Source: a virus
Lineage: Duplodnaviria > Caudoviricetes
Reading direction: 5' to 3' (one strand)
Virus record (IMG/VR): IMGVR_UViG_3300025652_000110
Span: 1 to 52,134 of that record
DNA: 52,134 bases
Made by a program: the position numbers and the translations under genes. The stretch's first letter is position 1; each line of letters starts with the position of its first letter. Positions 47,768 through 52,134 of the stretch are shown here, in pieces. Below the pieces are notes generated by a model. It made no database searches. It saw only the letters and a list, made by a program, of their open reading frames with translations, and was not told the origin of the DNA.

Positions 47768-48766
47768 TTGGCAACAACGTTTACAACGGCAACGAACGCG
47801 GCGAGCAACCGCGAGGATCTTGCGAACTTTATTTCTAATATTGTTCGTGATGATACACCGTTTATGTCCTCTTGTGGTAGAACAAAAGCTACAGCAATTT
47901 TACATGAATGGTCAACTGACGAATTACAACCACCAGCAGCGAATAATAACGCTGAGGGCGCGGCCTTCCCAGGCACACCTTCAACTGGTCCAGTTGTAGC
48001 TCGTTTAAATAACAAAACACAAATCTTTACTAAGTCGATTGAAGTTTCAGGTACTATGGAAAATGTATCTAAAGCAGGTCGTAAGTCTGAATTTAAATAT
48101 CAGTCTGAAAAACGTGGTAAAGAATTGATGCGTGATATCGAGTGGGCATTAACAACTGGTAAAGGTGTTAAGTCTTCTTCGGGTAACCGTGTTATGGGTG
48201 GATACCAATCTTGGGTGAAGGCAGCTAATACTGTTAACGCTTCAGGTGGTTCAATCACTAACGGCGCGGGAGATGGTTCTAACGTTCCTACATCAGCAGG
48301 TACTGCAGCAGCATTTACTTTATCTCAAGTAGATCAAGTAATGCAAGCAGCTTGGGAAAATGGCGGAAGACCTACTACTCTTATGATGTCACCACGTCTT
48401 AAGCGTAGCTTCTCAACAGCAGCACAAGGACAAGTTTCTAATGGAAACGTTCGTCGTAACATCGACGAGTCTGGTAAGCTTCGTCAATCAGTAGAGATTT
48501 ATGAAACTGATTTCGGAGTTGTACAAGTAGTTCCTAACTACATCATGGGTCATACTGGCTCAGGTGCGGGTGCAGCTAACGCAGCAGCTGATGATAATAT
48601 CTTAGTATATGATTCATCAATGTTTAAGATGGCAACACTACGTCCATTACACCACAGAGATATCTCTGAAGATGGTGATAGACTACGTGCGCTAATGGTA
48701 CATGAAACTACTCTAGAGTGCTTGAATCCAAGTGCTTCTGGTCTAGTTGACAACCTAAGCGGCTAA
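47768..48766 (+). CDS. Major capsid protein (SU10/phiEco32-like)
   Basis: NREDLAN, TPFMS, HEWSTD, NKTQIF, KELMRDIE, YETDFG; TTG start with GGAG RBS. Confidence 0.9.
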   Translation: MATTFTTATNAASNREDLANFISNIVRDDTPFMSSCGRTKATAILHEWSTDELQPPAANNNAEGAAFPGTPSTGPVVARLNNKTQIFTKSIEVSGTMENVSKAGRKSEFKYQSEKRGKELMRDIEWALTTGKGVKSSSGNRVMGGYQSWVKAANTVNASGGSITNGAGDGSNVPTSAGTAAAFTLSQVDQVMQAAWENGGRPTTLMMSPRLKRSFSTAAQGQVSNGNVRRNIDESGKLRQSVEIYETDFGVVQVVPNYIMGHTGSGAGAANAAADDNILVYDSSMFKMATLRPLHHRDISEDGDRLRALMVHETTLECLNPSASGLVDNLSG

Positions 48767-48777
48767 TTAAGCCAACT

Positions 48778-48810
48778 ATAACCCCGGGTTTTTTCTCGGG
48801 GTTATTTTAT
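48778..48810 (+). terminator. Terminator after the capsid gene (T7 T-phi position)
   Basis: ATAACCCCGGG-loop-CTCGGGGTTAT followed by TTTAT. Confidence 0.8.
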
Positions 48811-48823
48811 ATAAGGACACTAT

Positions 48824-49120
48824 ATGAGTGCAATAAAAGCTGGAGTCAAAGAAGGTAGAGGAGTAGCGACTCAAAATGTGCAAGATTATTTAGACTATGC
48901 TCAAGATATGAGACAAGTCAGTAATGGTAATACAACAATGAAAAGTTTTGCGATAATACCAGATATTGTGGCAATTGATATATACACTAAATATAATATT
49001 GATGTTCATTCTGCTGATTTTATTAAATATCCTGCTCAAGTAGAAAAATTAAAAAGAATAATAAGAGAGGAATACCCAAAGCTACTTACAGGTGGCATTT
49101 CAAACAGATTTAAAATTTAG
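48824..49120 (+). CDS. Hypothetical virion-arm protein
   Basis: FAIIPDIVAIDI motif; position after capsid. Confidence 0.7.
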   Translation: MSAIKAGVKEGRGVATQNVQDYLDYAQDMRQVSNGNTTMKSFAIIPDIVAIDIYTKYNIDVHSADFIKYPAQVEKLKRIIREEYPKLLTGGISNRFKI

Positions 49121-49129
49121 GAGATTTAG

Positions 49130-49924
49130 ATGGCTACTATTAAAGACCAAGTTACTTTACGAACAGGAGTAGCTGACTGGCTCAACAGGTCAGATCTAAC
49201 CGATTCTCAATTAGATGATTTTATTTCTATAGGTGAGGCAAGACTCTATGAAGATCTTAGAGTTCCACCATTAGAAGTAGTACAATCATTTTCAGTTACA
49301 TCAACTAATTCCAGTATAATAATTCCTGCTGGGTTAATTGAAATTATAGAATTAAAGCTTGATAAGGCTGATAAAGATGATGATATTGTATTAAGTAGAA
49401 TTGATTCAAAAACATTTAGTAATCAAAAGGTTACTCATTCTTATACAAGACAAGCAAACAACTTTTTATTAACAGATGAAAATGGAGAGCAAGAAGCTTC
49501 CGGTACATTTGTTATGACTTATTATAAAGCGGAAGATCCAGTAGGAACTTATGCTACAGCAGCTACATCTGCAACTGCAATGGTTGTAGATAACTATTAT
49601 AAAATTGCAGTAGCTGGAAATACTACTTGGACTAATCATGGTGCTGCTAACAATAATGTTGGCACTATATTTAAAGCTACAAGTGTTGGTACAGGTACTG
49701 GAACATCTTATATTGAAACAATACCTTGGATCTTAGGAACAGAATTTGAAACAATACTTTATGCTTCATGTGCTGTAGGTGCCACGTTTTTAGGTGATGT
49801 AGAAATGGAGCAAAAGTTTAATGAATTAACATTAAGAAAAGTTAATGCGTTAAATCAAAAAGAAATAAGAGCTAGTTTAAAAGGTTCTTCTTTTGCTTCT
49901 CGTTTTGATTCACCATTATTGTAG
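49130..49924 (+). CDS. Head-tail adaptor (tail tubular protein A-like)
   Basis: VADWLNRSDL...FISIGEARL...LRV; ILYAS. Confidence 0.75.
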   Translation: MATIKDQVTLRTGVADWLNRSDLTDSQLDDFISIGEARLYEDLRVPPLEVVQSFSVTSTNSSIIIPAGLIEIIELKLDKADKDDDIVLSRIDSKTFSNQKVTHSYTRQANNFLLTDENGEQEASGTFVMTYYKAEDPVGTYATAATSATAMVVDNYYKIAVAGNTTWTNHGAANNNVGTIFKATSVGTGTGTSYIETIPWILGTEFETILYASCAVGATFLGDVEMEQKFNELTLRKVNALNQKEIRASLKGSSFASRFDSPLL

Positions 49925-49933
49925 GAGATATAT

Positions 49934-51655
49934 ATGGCAAGAAATTCTTTTTATTCAGGTGACGTAGGTTCTGAAGTTGCTATAGATACTTCCGCTGCTG
50001 AGGCTGCTGCTTCCGCAACAGCTGCTGCCAGTAGTGCTTCAGCTGCATCTACAAGTGCTAGTGGCGCTTCTACAAGCGCAACTAATGCAGCGTCATCTTA
50101 CGATTCATTTGACGATAGATATTTAGGAGCGAAATCATCTGCACCGTCTGTAGACAATGACGGAGATGCTTTAGTAGCTGGAGCATTGTATTGGAATACT
50201 AGTTCTGACCAGATGTTTGTTCGGGAAGGTTCTTCTTGGATAGCGATTAAACCTACATCAACCGAACAAGGACATATTAATACTGTATCTGGCATTCAGG
50301 CTAATGTTACTACAGTAGCAGGTATATCAAGTGACGTTACAACTGTTGCTGGTATATCTAGTGATGTTGCAGCAGTAGAAAATATTGCAGCTAATGTTAC
50401 AAGTGTAGCAGGCAATGCGAGTAATATTAATTCAGCTGTAAGTAACGCTAGTAATATTAATTCAGCTGTAAGTAATGCAAGCAATATAACTGCGGTTGCA
50501 GGCAATTCTACTAATATTAATACAGTAGTAGGCATTGCAAGTAATGTAACAAGCGTAGCAGGTAATGCTACTAACATTACAGCAGTAGCAGGTAATAATT
50601 CTAATATTACAGCAGTAGCAACTAATGCAACAAACATTAATGCAGTTGCTGCGGATGCTACAGATATAGGAGTTGTTGCAGGTAAAGCTACAGAGATTGG
50701 TCGATTAGGTACTGCTGATGCGGTAGCTGACATGGCAATACTTGGTACAACAGATGTTGTGGCAGACATGAATACTTTAGCTACATCAGATATTGTAGCT
50801 GATATGAATACCTTAGCTACTTCTGACATAGTAGCTGATATGGCAATATTGGGTGCTACAGGTGTTGTTGGTGATATAGAAACTGCTGCTGATAATTCAA
50901 GCAATATTAGTTCTGTTGCAAACAACAATACAAACATTAATACTGTTGCAGGTAACAATACAAATATTAATACTGTTGCTAGTAATAACGCAAACATTAC
51001 TACAGTAGCATCAAATATAACTGGTGTTAATAGTTTTGCAGACAGGTGGCGAGTAGCAAGTTCAGCACCTACGTCTTCTTTAAATGAAGGTGACTTATAT
51101 TATAACACTACTACTAACGCAGTCTATTATTACAATGGCTCTGCTTGGGCAATTATTCAAAGCTATTCAGTACAAGACGGACAGTTATCACAAAACAATT
51201 TTACTAACGCAGACCATAGCAAGTTAGACGCTATTGAGGCAAGTGCTACAGCCGATCAAACTAATGCTGAAATTAAAACAGCTATTGAGGCTGGCTCAGA
51301 CATAGCGTTAGCAGGTAATCCTACAACAACTACACAAAGTGCTAATAACAATTCAACTAGAATTGCTACGACTGCTTATACAGATTCAGCTATTGCAGCT
51401 TTATCTGATTCAGCACCGTCAACACTTAACACGCTAAACGAATTAGCTGCAGCATTAGGTGATGATGAGAATTATGCAACAACTACAACTAATGCTATTG
51501 CTACAAAAGTTCCACTAGCAGGTGGCACTATGACAGGAGCATTAACACTAAGCGGTAATCCTACAGCAACAAATCATGCTGCAAATAAAGCATATGTTGA
51601 TACACAGGTTGCAGCAGTACCAGACGCAGTTGCTATGGCAATTGCTCTCGGATAA
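49934..51655 (+). CDS. Tail fibre with 14-aa and 13-aa repeats
   Basis: FDDRYLG...DNDGDAL..GALYWN, NITAVAGN repeats, APSTLNTLNELAAALGDD, GGTMTG. Confidence 0.85.
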   Translation: MARNSFYSGDVGSEVAIDTSAAEAAASATAAASSASAASTSASGASTSATNAASSYDSFDDRYLGAKSSAPSVDNDGDALVAGALYWNTSSDQMFVREGSSWIAIKPTSTEQGHINTVSGIQANVTTVAGISSDVTTVAGISSDVAAVENIAANVTSVAGNASNINSAVSNASNINSAVSNASNITAVAGNSTNINTVVGIASNVTSVAGNATNITAVAGNNSNITAVATNATNINAVAADATDIGVVAGKATEIGRLGTADAVADMAILGTTDVVADMNTLATSDIVADMNTLATSDIVADMAILGATGVVGDIETAADNSSNISSVANNNTNINTVAGNNTNINTVASNNANITTVASNITGVNSFADRWRVASSAPTSSLNEGDLYYNTTTNAVYYYNGSAWAIIQSYSVQDGQLSQNNFTNADHSKLDAIEASATADQTNAEIKTAIEAGSDIALAGNPTTTTQSANNNSTRIATTAYTDSAIAALSDSAPSTLNTLNELAAALGDDENYATTTTNAIATKVPLAGGTMTGALTLSGNPTATNHAANKAYVDTQVAAVPDAVAMAIALG

Positions 51656-51669
51656 CATAGGAAATAGAA

Positions 51670-52011
51670 ATGGCAAATACATTCAAATTAAAAACAAAAG
51701 CTAACGTAGACGCTTCATTAGTAACCGCATATACAGTACCGGGTTCAACAACGGCTGTTATTATCGGTTTAACTATTGCTAATGTTAAAGGCGCATCTAT
51801 TACAGCTGATGCACAAATAGTAACGGCTTCTTCTTCGGGAGAAAATGCAGATGATGTATATGTCGTTAAGGCTGTACCGTTACCAGCAGGATCGTCAATA
51901 GAGATTATGTCGGGTAACAAAATTATATTAGAGGCTGGAGACGTAGTTAAAGTTGGAGGCTCTACAACTAATTGTTTAGACGCTATACTTAGCATTATGG
52001 AAATTACATAG
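51670..52011 (+). CDS. Fibre-associated protein
   Basis: MANTFK...YTVP...KIILEAGD...SIMEIT pattern. Confidence 0.7.
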   Translation: MANTFKLKTKANVDASLVTAYTVPGSTTAVIIGLTIANVKGASITADAQIVTASSSGENADDVYVVKAVPLPAGSSIEIMSGNKIILEAGDVVKVGGSTTNCLDAILSIMEIT

Positions 52012-52021
52012 GAGATATACA

Positions 52022-52134
52022 ATGCCTTATATAGGAAAACAACCAGCAAACGTACCTGTTACAGCTGACGATATCCCTAATGATAGTATCACAGCAGCTA
52101 AGATTGTAGACGCAGCTATAACAATAGATGACAT
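52022..52134 (+). CDS. 3'-truncated tail fibre-like protein
   Basis: MPYIGKQPANVPVTADDIPNDSITAAKI; GGAG RBS; runs off the window. Confidence 0.7.
   Translation, partial: MPYIGKQPANVPVTADDIPNDSITAAKIVDAAITIDD

Noticed and set aside
50270-51030. 42-bp and 39-bp tandem repeats in the tail fibre
   Set aside because: Ordinary coiled-coil shaft repeats; no reverse transcriptase or template/variable repeat pair indicating a DGR
1-52134. tRNA genes, integrase/repressor, introns/inteins, terminal overlap
   Set aside because: No cloverleaf, lysogeny gene or interrupted conserved gene recognised; the two window ends do not overlap, so the genome is incomplete here

Overview
The window holds most of an AT-rich, probably marine, lytic podovirus genome and begins and ends mid-gene. 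It has two arms. The + strand virion arm runs 41598-52134 and continues at 1-20438: terminases, P22-type portal, scaffold, SU10/phiEco32-type capsid, adaptor, fibres, nozzle and ejection proteins. The - strand early/replication arm runs 41262 down to 20553. The arms converge on a bidirectional terminator at about 20440-20490. Main observations: (1) There are two single-subunit RNA polymerases. One is a cysteine-free 1206-aa protein with N4-vRNAP-like catalytic motifs, placed as the last ejection-protein gene; the other is an 811-aa T7-like RNAP in the early arm. (2) A perfect 21-bp T7-promoter-like element occurs twice in inverted orientation (30314-30334 and 40421-40441). (3) Directly behind the first copy lies a possible T4-style cytosine-replacement cassette (DenB-like nuclease, MazG, dCMP-hydroxymethylase-like enzyme, Nmad1-like protein). 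(4) I recognise no DNA polymerase in the complete replication arm. (5) The largest ejection protein carries an N-terminal staphylococcal-nuclease-like domain. (6) A pilin/chaperone-like secreted-protein cassette sits at the window start. All family calls come from motif recognition by eye; no searches were run.
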